In this document: piece by piece, positions 14,872 to 30,696 of the stretch
How the letters are laid out: the number at the start of each line of letters is the position of its first letter
Numbering within the stretch: the first letter of the stretch is position 1
Assembly: GCF_009914755.1 (NCBI RefSeq)
Contig: NC_060939.1
Source of the DNA: the human T2T-CHM13v2.0 reference genome, Homo sapiens
Reading direction: 5' to 3' (one strand)
Length of the DNA: 64,000 bases
Translations under genes and position numbers: made by a program
The notes under the pieces: generated by a model
Told to the model about the DNA's origin: nothing
The model's database searches: none
The model's input: the letters and a program-made list of their open reading frames with translations, nothing else

Positions 14872-15850
14872 CCTGTCTCTTCATGCCCAGAAATACTGCC
14901 ACAAATGGATGGCTTCCCCCAGAGACCACCAGGTACCACTGGAGTAGACCCTGGGCAGAGTGGATGCTGTAGAGAAAAATCCATATCCCCAGGAGACCTG
15001 CCCCTTAGCTAGACCCACCAGGGACACATATTCATCGTGTGACTGTCAGCAAAACTTCACAGACCTGAGACCTCAAGACTCCCTGCCCAACTGCAGCAAG
15101 AGTGGTCCAGATCCCTCAGCTGCTTTTTCAAAGGAGGGGAAGGATATTTTTGTCATCATCACCCTCAAATAGAAACTAGAGTCTTAGAACAAGGGAGCCG
15201 TTTACTCACATGCCCAGACCCCTCCCCCAGTCCAGTTTAATTAGAATTTCTGGGGATGGGGCCAGCTTTGGGTATTTTCTTAATGTCCGTAGGTACTTCT
15301 AATGTGTAACTAGAGTTAAGAACAACTGGTCTAGTCCAACCTCCTCATTGTAGGGATAAAAACACACAGCGGGGAAAAACAGCCCTAGAAAGCTTAAAAG
15401 AAATAAAATATTTAAAGTGACAGACTATAGCGCAAAGTACGTGCCTAAAAGATGGACAGTGTTATCATGTCATAATTAGAAATAGTGCCCCAGACATGGC
15501 TGGTTTCATGGTCATGTGACGTGTATCATGGCACAGGCTCGCATGCTTCGCAGGCACCTGTGCTTTGTTTCTTGCTCTGATGTTGCCATCTTGAAATTCT
15601 TAATTTTTAAACAAGAGGTCCTGCATTTTCACTTTGCACTGGCCACAGATCACACAACTCTTAAACACAGAGTAGATCATCACTGCATTAAAGAAAGGTG
15701 GCTCAGGGCCAACCCTGTCTCTTCATGCCCACAAATACTGCCACAAAGGGATGGCTTCCCCCAGAGACCACCAGGTACCACTGGAGTCCTAAGACTCTGT
15801 GCAGAATGGATGATGTAGAGGAAAATCCATGTCCCCAGGAGACCCGCCCC
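14872..15850 (+). repeat. Direct repeat pair (14872-15004 and 15714-15850)
   Basis: 133 and 137 bp; 9 mismatches plus one 4-bp indel by manual alignment. Confidence 0.9.
15495..15655. mobile_element. MER91-like hAT relic
   Basis: gccatcttgaaattcttaattttt...cctgcattttcactttgcactgg. Confidence 0.55.
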
Positions 15851-16156
15851 AGGGCTCAGGGCTCAGAGGCTGCAGGGTGTGGGGCAGGGAGGGCTGGGAT
15901 GCAGCTTCCTCTGCGCATGTCCCCTAGCCTGGCTCTCTACCGCCACAACGCTGGGCCCTCCATTGCCCAAGGAACTCCCTTCTCCTCTCTACTGTATCAG
16001 GGCAGAGGCTGTCCTTGCATCTCCTGGGGGAAGCAGTGTAGACTACTGGAAAGAGACTGGGATCAGTCAGGCCTGGGTCATAACTTCAGCACTCCCTCTT
16101 ACTGGCTATGAGAGGTCCTCTGAGCCTCAGTTCCTCATGTGTAAAAGGGAGGAAAT

Positions 16157-16468
<312 letters not shown>

Positions 16469-16783
16469 AATGCCCGCCTTGCAGAACCACTATGAGGAGA
16501 ACCCAGCACATCATGACTGTCCCACCAGATGCTGGAAATATGTGAATTCTCTTCCCTTTACAGGGAAGAGGGAGAAGCATCTTTCTCCAAAAGAATGGGG
16601 CCCCAGTGTTCCAGGTGCAGCCTGTCAGTCACCCAGAGTCCTTTGTCTCCCTGGGAGGCTCAACTACAATCAGTTCCCAGGCTTCTGCTTGTCTTATGAA
16701 AACTAAGGATAGGCAGTTCTTGGGAAAGGTTTAATTCCGGAGTGGCATGCAGGCTTCAGAGCCCTTTGTAAAGAGTTGTTGCT

Positions 16784-16817
16784 GCTGCCCTCTAGTGGTA
16801 ACTTGTCGGTATCTGCA
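16784..16817 (-). promoter_or_regulatory. CTCF binding site (core plus upstream motif)
   Basis: Minus strand TGCAGATAC-cgacaagtta-CCACTAGAGGGCAGC; core matches CCASYAGRKGGCRS exactly. Confidence 0.75.
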
Positions 16818-17062
16818 CAAATTCCCAACTTCCTTTGGGTAAGTAATGAATACTTAATAACATACTACAACACAATTTAAAAAATAATGTATTGAGTCCC
16901 TACTCTGTTAAGAACTAGGGATATGAAGACAAATAAAACGCAGTTCTTTCATTCTAAGAATTTACAGTTTAGAAAATGCGGCAAACTCTTAAAGAGGTTG
17001 CTTGAATATAACCCAATATGATAAGGTTTTTTTCTTTTTTTTGCCCAAAGGAGATAAGTTTT

Positions 17063-18801
17063 GTGTTTTTTTATTATTATTTTTTAGTCTGTAAGACACA
17101 ATCTTTATTCTTTTTTTATTATTATACTTTAAGTTCTAGGGTACATGTGCACAACGTGCAGCTTTGTTACATATGTATACATGTGCCATGTTGGTGTGCT
17201 GCACCCATTAACTCATCATTTACATTAGGTATATCTCCTAATGCTATCCCTCTCCCCTCCCCCCACCCCACAACAGGCCCCATCCTGTGTCCAAGTAATG
17301 TCCAATGTAATGTTCCCCACCCTGTGTCCAAGTGTTCTCATTGTTCAATTCCCATCTATGAGTGAGAACATGCGGTGTTTGGTTTTCTGTCCTTGCGATA
17401 GTTTGCTCAGAATGATGGTTTCCAGCTTCATCCATGTCCCCACAAAGGACATGAACTCATCCTTTTTTATGGCTGCATAGTATTCCATGGTGTATATGTG
17501 CCACATTTTCTTAATCCAGCCTATCATTGATGGACATTTGGGTTGATTCCAGGTCTTTGCTATTGTGAATAGTGCCTCAATAAACATACGTGTGCATGTG
17601 GCTTTATAGCAGCATGATTTATAATCCTTTGGGTATATACCCAGTAATGGGATGGCTGGGTCAAATGGTATTTCTAGTTTTAGATCCTTGAGGAATCGCC
17701 ACACTGTCTTCCAAATTGGTTGAACTAGTTTACAGTCCCACCAACAGTGTAAAAGTGTTCCTATTTCTCCACATCCTCTCCAGCACCTGTTGTTTCCTGA
17801 CTTTTTAGTGATTGCCATTCTAACTGGCGTGAGATGGTGTCTCATTGTGGTTTTGATTTGCATTTCTCTGACGGCCAGTGATGATGAGCATTTTTTCATG
17901 TGTCTGTTGGCTGCATAAATGTCTTCTTTTGAGAAGTGTCTGTTCATATCCTCTGCCCACTTTTTGATGGGGTTGTTTGATTTTTTCTTGTAAATTTGTT
18001 CAAGTTCTTTGTAGATTCTGGATATTAGCCCTTTGTCAGATGGGTAGATTGTAAAAATTTTCTCCCATTCTGTAGGTTGCCTGTTCACTCTGATGGTAGT
18101 TTCTTTTGCTGTGCAGAGCCTCTTTAGTTTAATTAGATCCTATTTGTCAATTTTAGCTTTTGTTGCCATTGCTTTTGGTGTTTTAGACATGAAGTCCTTG
18201 CCCATGCCTATGTCCTGAATGGTATTGCCTAGGTTTTCTTCTAGGGTTTTTATGGTTTTAGGTCTAACATTTAAGTCTTTAATCCATCTTGAATTAATTT
18301 TTGTATAAGGTGTAAGGAAGGGATCCAGTTTCAGCTTTCTCCATATGGCTAGCCTTCTCCATATGGCTAGCCAGTTTTCCCAGCACCATTTATTAAATAG
18401 GGAATCCTTTCCCCATTTCTTGTTTTTGTCAGGTTTGTCAAAGATCAGATGGTTGTAGATGTGCGGTATTATTTCTGAGGGCTCTGTTCTGTTCCATTGG
18501 TCTATATCTCTGTTTTGGTACCAGTACCAGTACCCTGCTGTTTTGGTTACTGTAGCCTTGTAATACAGTTTGAAGTCAGGTAGCATGATGCCTCCAGCTT
18601 TGTTCTTTTGGCTTAGGATTGCCTTGGCAATGCGGGCTCTTTTTTGGTTCCATATGAACTTTAAAGTAGTTTTTTCCAATTCTGTGAAGAAAGTCATTGG
18701 TAGCTTGATGGGGATGGCATTGAATCTATAAATTATCTTGGGCAGTATAGCAATTTTCACGATATTGATTCTTCCTATCCATGAGCATGGAATGCTCTTC
18801 C
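17063..18801 (-). mobile_element. 5'-truncated L1PA (about L1PA4-6) with ORF2 C-terminus, 3'UTR and short 3' transduction
   Basis: ORFs 18140-18826 and 17345-18088 translate as L1 ORF2 ([14 protein letters not shown]...[10 protein letters not shown]); TSD AGGAGATAAGT(T/G)TT at 17049-17062 and 18802-18815. Confidence 0.95.
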
Positions 18802-19019
18802 AGGAGATAAGTGTTAATAAGAACAATGATTCCCACAGCTTCTGGTTCTACACAAAATGGAGTAGACACATTTATTCCTATTCTTCCCATTATGTAAAGC
18901 TAAAAACTCTTGAATATCATATATAATAAACATAAGAAGACTCTGAAAGGTTGAGGGGAAAGGAGACTGGCTGGGGAACTTGGGACCCAGGGAAAGACAC
19001 AGCGGGAGTTCTCTGAGTT

Positions 19020-19643
19020 TTCTTTTTCTTTTCTTTTTTTGAGGCAGGGTCTCATTCTTTTGTCCAGGCTGGAGTGCAGTGGTGTAATCATGGCTCGCTA
19101 TAGCCTCAACTTTCTGGACTCAAGCAATTCTCCCACCTCAGCCTACCCAGGAGCTGGGACCACAGGCATGTGCCACCATAACCAGCTAATACATTTTAAT
19201 TTTTATGTATGTATGTATTTCTTTATTTTTTGAGATGTAGTTTCGCTCTTGTTGCCCAGGCTAGAGTGCAATGGCACATGATCTTGGCTCATTGCAGCCT
19301 CTGCCTCCTGGGTTCAAGCAATTATCCTGCCTCAGCCTCCTGAGTGGCTGAGATCACAGGGGCCTGCCACCACGCCTGGCTAATTTTTTATATAGTTTTT
19401 TAGAGATACAGGGTTTCACCATGTTGCCCAGGCTGGTCTCAAACTCTTGACCTCAGGTGATCCACCTGCCTCGGCTTCCCAAAGTGCTGGGACTTCAGGC
19501 GCGAGCCACGGTGCCCATTTTTTTTGTAGTGATGAGGTCTCACTATGTTGCCTAGGATGGTCTCGAACTTCTGGGCTCAAGCGCTCCTCCCACCTCAGCC
19601 TCCCAAAGTGCTGAGATTCAGGTGTGAGCCATGACACCCAGCC
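19020..19643 (-). mobile_element. AluJ with an AluS (about 19222-19516) nested in its middle A-rich region
   Basis: AluJ right arm, complete AluS, then AluJ left arm. Confidence 0.82.
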
Positions 19644-20446
19644 TCTGGGTTTTAATTTTGCCTTAATTGTATCTTAACTGGATCCTGGAGAAGCTGACAA
19701 CTTAATACAACAATGGACACAGACAAGAGAAGCCCCAAGAAGGGCTGCTCTCTAGTCAAGCGACCAGGAAAGGAGCAGCCTAGCAAGACAGAAACTTTTA
19801 GCCAATAATCACTCTAGTGCAGCCAAACTCCACAGAGTAAACAAATGGTGGAAAAGCTGAGTGGGAGCCTGGACTTCCACCCTCGCACAGCTGTAAAGAG
19901 GCGGCCCCTTCTTCTGCCAGGGTGGTGTCAGAGAAGCCTAAGTGGAAGGCTGGCACTTTTATCTCCATTCAGTGGCAATGAGGCCCAGCCCCTGCAAAGT
20001 CAGTGGAGGCCACTTGGGGAACCACATCCATCCAAAGGTTAGGATGCTCTCTCCCTCCCTGCTGGGACAGTGGCAGAGGAGGCCTGGTGGAGAGCCAGGA
20101 CTTTCACCAAAACCAAGTGAGAACGAGGCACCCCTCTTCCTCCCTGCCTGGAGGTGGTCAGAGAAGGCCGAGTGGGAAGCTGGAACTCCCTCCATCTCTC
20201 TGTGGTAAGGAGGTTCCCCTACCCATGGTGTCAGTGGAAGCCCCATGGGGCCAGGCAGAAGTGGCACAATATTTTCGAATATTGTTTTGAGAACTGTTTT
20301 GTGTCTAGAAGTTTTATGTGAAGAATTCTACATCCAGTGAAAATATCCTTCAGGAATAAAGGAAAAATTAAGACATTCTCTACTGAAGGAAAGCTAAGAG
20401 AGTTCATCACCCCCAGATACCTACTTCCTAAAAGAATGGTTAAAAG

Positions 20447-20750
20447 GGCCGAGCGCGGTGCCTCATGCCTGTAATCCCAGCACTTTGGGAGGCAGTGACG
20501 GGTGGATCACTTGAGGTCAGGAGTTCAAAAATAGCCTGACCAACATGGTGAAACCCCGTCTCTACTAAAAATACAGAAATAAGCTTGGCGTGGTGGCACA
20601 CGCCTGTAATCCCAGCTACTCAGGAGGCTGAGGCAGGAGAATCGCTTGAACACGGGAAGCGGAGGTTACGGTGAGCCCAGATTGCACCATTGCTCTCTAG
20701 CCTGGGCAACAAGAGCGAAACTCCATCTCAAAAGAAAAGAAAAAGAAAAA
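20447..20750 (+). mobile_element. AluS
   Basis: TSD aaaagaatggttaaaag. Confidence 0.92.
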
Positions 20751-21014
20751 GAATGGTTAAAAGAAGACTTTACAACAGAAAGGAAATAATGAAAGAAGGA
20801 ATCTTAGAACATCAGGAAAGAAGAAAGAACAATGGGGAGAGTAAAACTATAGTCAATACAATAAGCTTTCATTCTCTTCTTGAGTATTCTAAATGTTTGA
20901 TGGTTGAAGCAAAAATTGCAATATTGCCTAATGTGGTTATCAATATTCGTAAAGGAAATATTTAAGACAATTATAAGTGGGAGAGGATAAAGAGACTTAA
21001 AAGGAAGCAAGCAT

Positions 21015-21336
21015 TCTTTCTTTCTTTCTTTCTCTCTCTCTTTGTTTTCTCTTGAGACAGAGTCTTGCTCTGTTGCCCAGGCTGGAGTACAGTGGTGTGA
21101 TCTCAGCTCACTGCAAGCTCCGCCTCCCGGGCTCAAGTGATTCTCCTGTCTCAGCCTCCTGAGTAGTTGAGACTACAGGCATGCACCACCACACCCGGCT
21201 AATTTTTATATTTTTAGTAAAGATAGGGGTTTCACCATGTTGGCCAAGCTGGTTTCCAACTCCTGACCTCAAATGCTCCACCTGCCTCAGCCTCCCAAAG
21301 TGCTAGGATTACAGACATGAGCCACCGCACCTGGCC
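21015..21336 (-). mobile_element. AluS
   Basis: TSD aaaagga(a/g)gca. Confidence 0.88.
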
Positions 21337-22042
21337 AAAAGGAGGCACGCTTTCTATACTTTACTATACTTCACCAGGAGACCATGGTAAGTTATATGTA
21401 CATAATGAATACTTAGATAAAATACTAAAAGAAAACTATACAAAAGAAATACGTTTAAAAACACAATTGATAAATCAAAATGGATTTTTTTTTTAAAGTT
21501 CAAGTAACCTGGAGGTAAGCAAGTGGTAAAAAAAGAGAAAAAAAATCAGAAAAACAAACAATAAAATGGCAGACTTAAGCCCTAATGAATCAATAATTAC
21601 CTTAAATGTAAATAGTTTAAATATATCAGAAGACAGATTGGGAGAAAGGATTTAAAAAAAATATATGACACAATATGTCATTTACAAGAAACTCATCTCA
21701 GATATAATAATATATGTAAGTTGACAGTAAAAAGATGAAAAAAGACTCAAACATCTTAATTAATTCTAAGTTAACAAAGTATAGCTATGTTAATAACAGA
21801 TAAAGTACTTCAAAGCAAATCACCAGGTCTAGAAATGGATACTGCAGAATGATAAAGGGTCAATCTACCAAGAATACAAAGATACACACAATTCTAAATT
21901 CGTATGCACCAAACAACAGAGCTGTACAAATATATGAAGCAAAACTGATAGAGCTGAAAGGAGAAACAGACAAATCCACAATTATAGTTGGAGACTTCAA
22001 CATTTCTCTCAACAATTGATAGAACAGCTATATAGAAAATCA

Positions 22043-22400
<358 letters not shown>

Positions 22401-22810
22401 CTAATTGACATTTATAGAAGAACACTCCACCTCACAGCAGCAGAATACACGTTCTTTTCAAGCACCCATGGAACATTATACCAAGATACACCATATCCTG
22501 GGCCATAAAATGAACCTCGATAAATTTTTAAAAAACTGAAATCATACAGCATATATTCACCAACCACAATGGAATAAAACCAGAAATCATTAACAGAAAG
22601 ATAACAGGGAAATCTCCAAACACTTGAAAACTAAATACACTTCTAAACAATCCTAGGGTCAAAAGAGGAACTCTCAAGGGAAATTTTTTAAATGGAACTG
22701 CATGAAAATGAAAATATAATGTGTGAAAATTTGTGAGACACAACTAAAGCAGTGCTAAGAAGAAAATGCATGGCACTAAACTCATACATTAGAAAGGAGG
22801 AAAAATCGGG

Positions 22811-23125
22811 GGCTAGGCGTGGTGGCTGACACCTGTAATCCTAGCACTTTGGGAGGCTGAGGTGGGCAGATCACTTGAGCTCAGAGATTTGAGACCAGCC
22901 TGGGCAACATAATGAAACCCCATCTCTACAAAAAAATAGAAAAAAATTAGCTGAGCGTGGTGGCACAAGCCTGTAATTTCAGCTATTCAGGAGGCTGAAG
23001 CACAAGAATCGCCTGAGCCCGGAAGGCAGAGGTTGCAGAGAGCAGAGATCACACCACTACACTCCAGCCTAGGCAACAGAGCCAGAACCTGTCTCAAAAA
23101 TAAGATAAAATAAAATAAATAAAAA
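22811..23125 (+). mobile_element. Alu (J/S)
   Basis: TSD agaaaggaggaaaa. Confidence 0.85.
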
Positions 23126-23137
23126 GAAAGGAGGAAA

Positions 23138-23250
23138 ATATATATACATATGTGTATGTGTGTATATATATATATACATTTTCCTCCTTTATATGTGTGT
23201 GTGTGTATATATATTTATAAAATATATATATATATATAAAATACTATATA
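23138..23250. repeat. (TA)n/(TG)n microsatellite region
   Basis: Visible dinucleotide runs. Confidence 0.8.
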
Positions 23251-23275
23251 CGATTGTTTTAAAAAAGAAATATTT

Positions 23276-23599
<324 letters not shown>

Positions 23600-24045
23600 C
23601 TACAAAACACTGAAAAAATATCCAAGAAGACCTAACTAAGTGAAGAGATACACATGTTCTCATACTGGGAGGATCATAGCAAAGATGTGAATTCTCCCCA
23701 GATTGATTTGTAAGTTTCAAGCACTTCCAGCAAGATTCTTTCTAGATATAGATAAGCTTATTCTAAAATTTATATAGAAAGACAAAGGAACTAGGATAGC
23801 TAAAACAATTTTGAACAACAACAAAGTAATAAAGTGCTAGGAATCATACTACCTGCTTTTAAGATTTATTATGCAGCTACAGTAATCAAGACTGTGTGGT
23901 ACTAACAGAGAAACAGACACATAGGTTAGTGAACTAGCATTAAAAACCTAGAAATAGACCATACAAATATGCTCAATTGATTTTTTTCTAGCTTGAAGAT
24001 TTTTTATTATAATAAATACAGATAATATAAAGCTGACCATTTTAA

Positions 24046-25040
<995 letters not shown>

Positions 25041-25615
25041 TATCCATAACAAAAAGAGAGAGAGAGAGAGAGAAACTTGATCTATAATTAAAATTCAAAA
25101 GTTAAAAAGAAAAACAACGAACTCATGTTGTCAGCCAGCCCATATCTATCTCACATAGTTGGAACAAGGACTGGACATGTGCAATAAACACTATCATTTA
25201 TAGGGTGGAAGAAGAGGAAGAACACTACACTCACTGGGCCACAGCATACCAAGATCCTGGCAGGGAGATATTTTGAGCTCCCTTGATCTAAGGGTAGTTT
25301 TTACCCCTGAAGAGGCCGGTTTCTGCTCTCTGACCATAGCTATCCATGCCAGATCCTCAGTTTTTCCTTATCTTGTCTGACTTCATTTGTAGGGCCATTA
25401 GGGGTTATGGCTTTCTGGGGGTCTTACCATCTATTACACCCTACGTGGGATTCTGGTGGTCCAAGGTCATTATTTTTATGCAAACAAAGACTCTTTTCCT
25501 CAGTTCAAGCTTTTATAGTTCTTTTTTTGTGTGTGAGTTTTCTAGTGTACACACACACTCACACACAGACCATTTAAAAATCTATTTGATTGCATTTAGC
25601 TCCAAGCGTAATTAA

Positions 25616-25953
<338 letters not shown>

Positions 25954-27995
25954 CATTCTCGCTATTCTTTCTTTTTCTCATCTTAATTAAAATATCTTGA
26001 GTTTACTAGTTGGCTGGGACACAACACTCGCCACCTCGCCACACTTGTTTTTTTTTTTTTTTTTTCTGGAGCAGTTTAGCCAACTGAAAACAATTTCAAT
26101 CCAATCACTGATGTAAACCGAAGGTATGAGAGCCATAACCCAGGTTCGATTTTTGCTTTTTTACAAATATGCTTTTCAGGGGTAGAAATTCCATGCTATT
26201 AGGCTGTTCTTAAACTTTTCCATTAGAAAAATGCCATAGGAATGCAGAAAAGGGTGTGGTAATTCCGCCTGGGGAATTCAGGAAGAGCGAGAGAGAAGCT
26301 ACAGCCAGGCCCCTCAACACAGCCAGGGCCTTTCTCATGGCTGCCTGGCCAACTCGCCTTCCACTCTCCGGAGAAGCTGCTTTAACCTTCTCCTCTTTCC
26401 CCCAACTCCTACTCCTCCAACTCCCCGCTCACTCAGTCTTGCCTCCTTCCTCAGAGAAAGTTAAAACTATCAGATGGGACACCCTCAAGCTCAGGTCATC
26501 CTCCTCATGTAGATTTTTAACCCCTTACAGCTCTGCATAGCCATAAGCTGACCCCATCTCCCACCCTTCCTCAGCCTTCCTAGTGTGTCTTCTGGAATTT
26601 GCAGTGCACCCCTACACAAACCCACTGTGCCCTCCGCCTTCACTCTGAATATTCCCTTCACCTTCTTGCCTTGCAGGAAAACTGGCTGATGCCTGCAGGC
26701 AACCCTTCCCCTATGGCCTCCTCAAATGAGGGCTATTTTCCCTCTCATGATCCTCATTCCAGTTGGCCTGAGATAGGGGTAGCTGTCCTCCCTTCCGGTC
26801 CTCCATAAACCCCCAGCCTTTTTGAAACAATTGACATTAGGCCACACCCTGCCTCTTTGTCACAGTCCTCTTCAGGTCTCTTCCTCACTCACTAAGTATT
26901 CTGGTCACGGCTAACTGTGTCTCTCTGCCACTGCCCCATCATCATTCTTCATACCTTCCTAGCACCCTGGGATCTGTGCAAACGATCCATCCAACACCTC
27001 AACTCCCAGCATGACAATCTCCCCCAATGTCCCAGCCTCCCTTGCAGCTAGGAGTAGCCATGTGACCCATTTCAGTCAAATGGGATGGAAGTCAAAATCT
27101 GAAAGGAGGGCTGGTTTCTATGAAAGCATTGCCTTCCAGGGTGTATGCAGCTTCCCTGGGTTAATGAGCCTGTGTAAACGGGAGAACAGCACAGTCATTG
27201 GCCCTGACACAACTGAACCAATGACCCTACACCAGCAGCCACCTATCTTCAATCTACTTCAGCCACTCTGGTCCAATTTCCTGCCTTCACAGCTGAAAGA
27301 ATTCCTAATAATTTCTCATCAATACTGCCTGTCCCTGGGTCCCATCCTCAAGCCACTCACCCTCCTCTTTTCACCCCTGTTCCTGCCCAAATCCTAGTGT
27401 GTCTAAGGCTGCTAGTTATTCCTCAATATCCATTCTCCCCTTCTCTCTTTTGTAACAGAACCCTAAAATTGTCACAGAGCCGACCCCGGACCCAGCTACT
27501 GCACTGCCACAGTCCTCTTTCTCCCCAACGCTGTTTTTCTATCAGCAGCTTTTCATTTAATCTCTGTCATTTCCAACCAAGTACAAACACACTGCAACAT
27601 CTCCTGCAATATTCTGATGTTAACAAAACATCAAACACCCTTTCCTAAACTCTTCATGTCCCCTAGCTACCACCTCATTTCTCAGCTCTCCTTTTTATAT
27701 TAAAAAAAAAAAAAAAAAGCTCTGCTCAAGAGAGTGGCCTGTCCTCATTGCCTTCCTCTCCTCATACCCCCTCTGCCAGTGCCCTGATCCCTGGATGCCC
27801 GCCATTCCAGCAGAACTCCTCTTGTCAAAGCAATCTAGTGCCCGTCACCTTGCCCAACCCAACAGTCCATTCTCAGCCTTCATTTTATCCCACCTCACAG
27901 CAGCCTGTGGCAGAGGGAATCATGCCCTGTGTTCCTCCGCTGCTGCCTCCTTTAATCACGGAGAATTTTAACATGTACAGAAGGAGAGAGCATGA

Positions 27996-28661
<666 letters not shown>

Positions 28662-28830
28662 CTAACCACCTCCAACCCACGGCCAGGGAAGTCCTGCCCA
28701 GACTCACCTCTGCATCTTCCCCTCCCTATTATTTGGAAGCAAATCCTACACATTATATCATTTTGTTGGTAAAATATTTCGGCATCTCTAAAAGATAACT
28801 TTTAAAAATGTAAACAACTCTCTCATTCTT

Positions 28831-29235
28831 TTTTTCCCAGCTTCATTTTTAATTTTTTCTATCTATTACTTATTTATAGTTTCAACTTTTATTTTAGATT
28901 CACAGGGTACATGTGCAGGTTTGTTACCTGGCTATATTGTGTGATGCTGACGTTTGGGGTACAATTGATCCCATCACCCAGATAGTGAGCACAGTACCCA
29001 ACAGTTTTTCAACCCTTGCTCCCCTCATTCCTTCCCCGCTTTAGTAGTTCCCACTGTCTGGTATTATCATCTTTATGTCCATAAGTATCCAGTGTTTAGC
29101 TTCACTTATAAGCGAGAGCCTGCGGTATTTGAGTTTCTGTTCCTGCATTAATCGACTTAAGATAATGGCCTCCAGCTGCATCCATGTTGCCATAAAGGAC
29201 GTGATTTCATACTTTTTATGGCTGCATAGTATTCC
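28831..29235 (-). mobile_element. Older L1PA 3' end
   Basis: gggtacatgtgcaggtttgttac...ggctgcatagtattcc; TSD act(c)tctcattctt-like on both sides (28817, 29236). Confidence 0.8.
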
Positions 29236-29299
29236 ACTCCCTCATTCTTGAAACCCATTTTTCACTGGATTTACATTCACCAAATTCTCCTGATTTTAC

Positions 29300-29961
29300 T
29301 GTTTTAGTCCTTTTGGGTTGCTTTAACAAGATACCATAAACTGAGTGGCTTATCAACAACAACATTTTTTTTTTTTCTCACAATCCAGAAACTGGAAGTC
29401 CAGGATCAAGGCACCAGCAGACTTGTTGTCTGGAGAGGGCCCACTTTCCAGTTTATAGACAGAGGTTTCTAGCTGTGTCCTTACATAGTGGGTGGAGCAA
29501 ACGAGCTCCCTTAGGTCTATTTTTTTTTTTTTTTGAGGCAGGGTCTTGCTCTGTTGCCCAGGCTGGAATGAGGTGGTGCAATCATGACTCACTGCCGTGA
29601 CTTCCCGTGCTCAAGTGATCCATTTACCTCAGCCTCCAAAGTAGCTGGGACCACAGGCATGTGCCACCACTTCCAGCTAGTTTTTTTTTTTTTTTAATTT
29701 TTGCATAAATAGGGTCTTGCTCTGTTGTCTAGGCTGGCCTCCAAGTCCTAGGCTCAAGCAATCCTCCCACCTTGGCCTCCCAAAGTGCTAGGATTACAGG
29801 TGTGAGCCACCACACCTAGGGCCTATTGTAAGGGTACTAGTCCCATTCATGAGGGCTCTGCCCTTCAGACCCTATCACCTCCCACCTCCTAATACCATTA
29901 CCTTGGTGATTAGGTTTCAACATATGAATTCTAGGGGACTACAAACATTCAGACCATAGCA
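29300..29961 (-). mobile_element. MaLR LTR (MLT1A/MST-like) interrupted by AluJ
   Basis: tgttttagtcc...ataccataaactgagtggctta...aaacattcagaccatagca. Confidence 0.7.
29520..29820 (-). mobile_element. AluJ
   Basis: Diverged Alu dimer inside LTR. Confidence 0.82.
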
Positions 29962-30095
29962 TCCTCCTATCCAAGTGGCCACTCCTCTTTCCAACCTCTC
30001 ATCCAGGCTTGGGACTTTCAATGACAGCTAAGTACTCATCCCTTTCAAATTACCTCTGTGCCTCAATTTCTCCCCAGAGCTCCAGGTTCATTATC

Positions 30096-30394
<299 letters not shown>

Positions 30395-30696
30395 CAGTTC
30401 ATATATCTAACTGCATACACACCTGGCATCTCCGCTTGGAGGTCCATTAGGTATCTTCAAGCTAACATGGGTTAACTAGAACCTTTGATATTCTGCACCC
30501 TCCTTCCCATCACTTCCTCACTGAGTCTTCTCCACCCTTCATTCCATTTTCAGCCCTAAGCCTAGAAGTCATTATTCTGTTCCACAATCTGTTTGCAAGT
30601 TATGTCACCTCCACATTCAAAATATTATATATCCAGAATTCAACAATGGTTCACCATATCCATCACTTGTACCAAGGCCACCATCATAAGCAGACC

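Noticed and set aside
14922-14945. gaccaccaggtaccactgg in the duplicated unit as a CTCF or GLI site
   Set aside because: Mismatches at key core positions (GTAC instead of GGGC for CTCF; one off GACCACCCA for GLI); too weak to call.
17345-18826. 247-aa and 228-aa ORFs
   Set aside because: L1 ORF2 remnants in a 5'-truncated, promoterless copy with a nonsense codon; not a host gene.
26130-26160. GGTTCGAT B-box-like motif suggesting a tRNA
   Set aside because: No A box, acceptor stem or cloverleaf around it.
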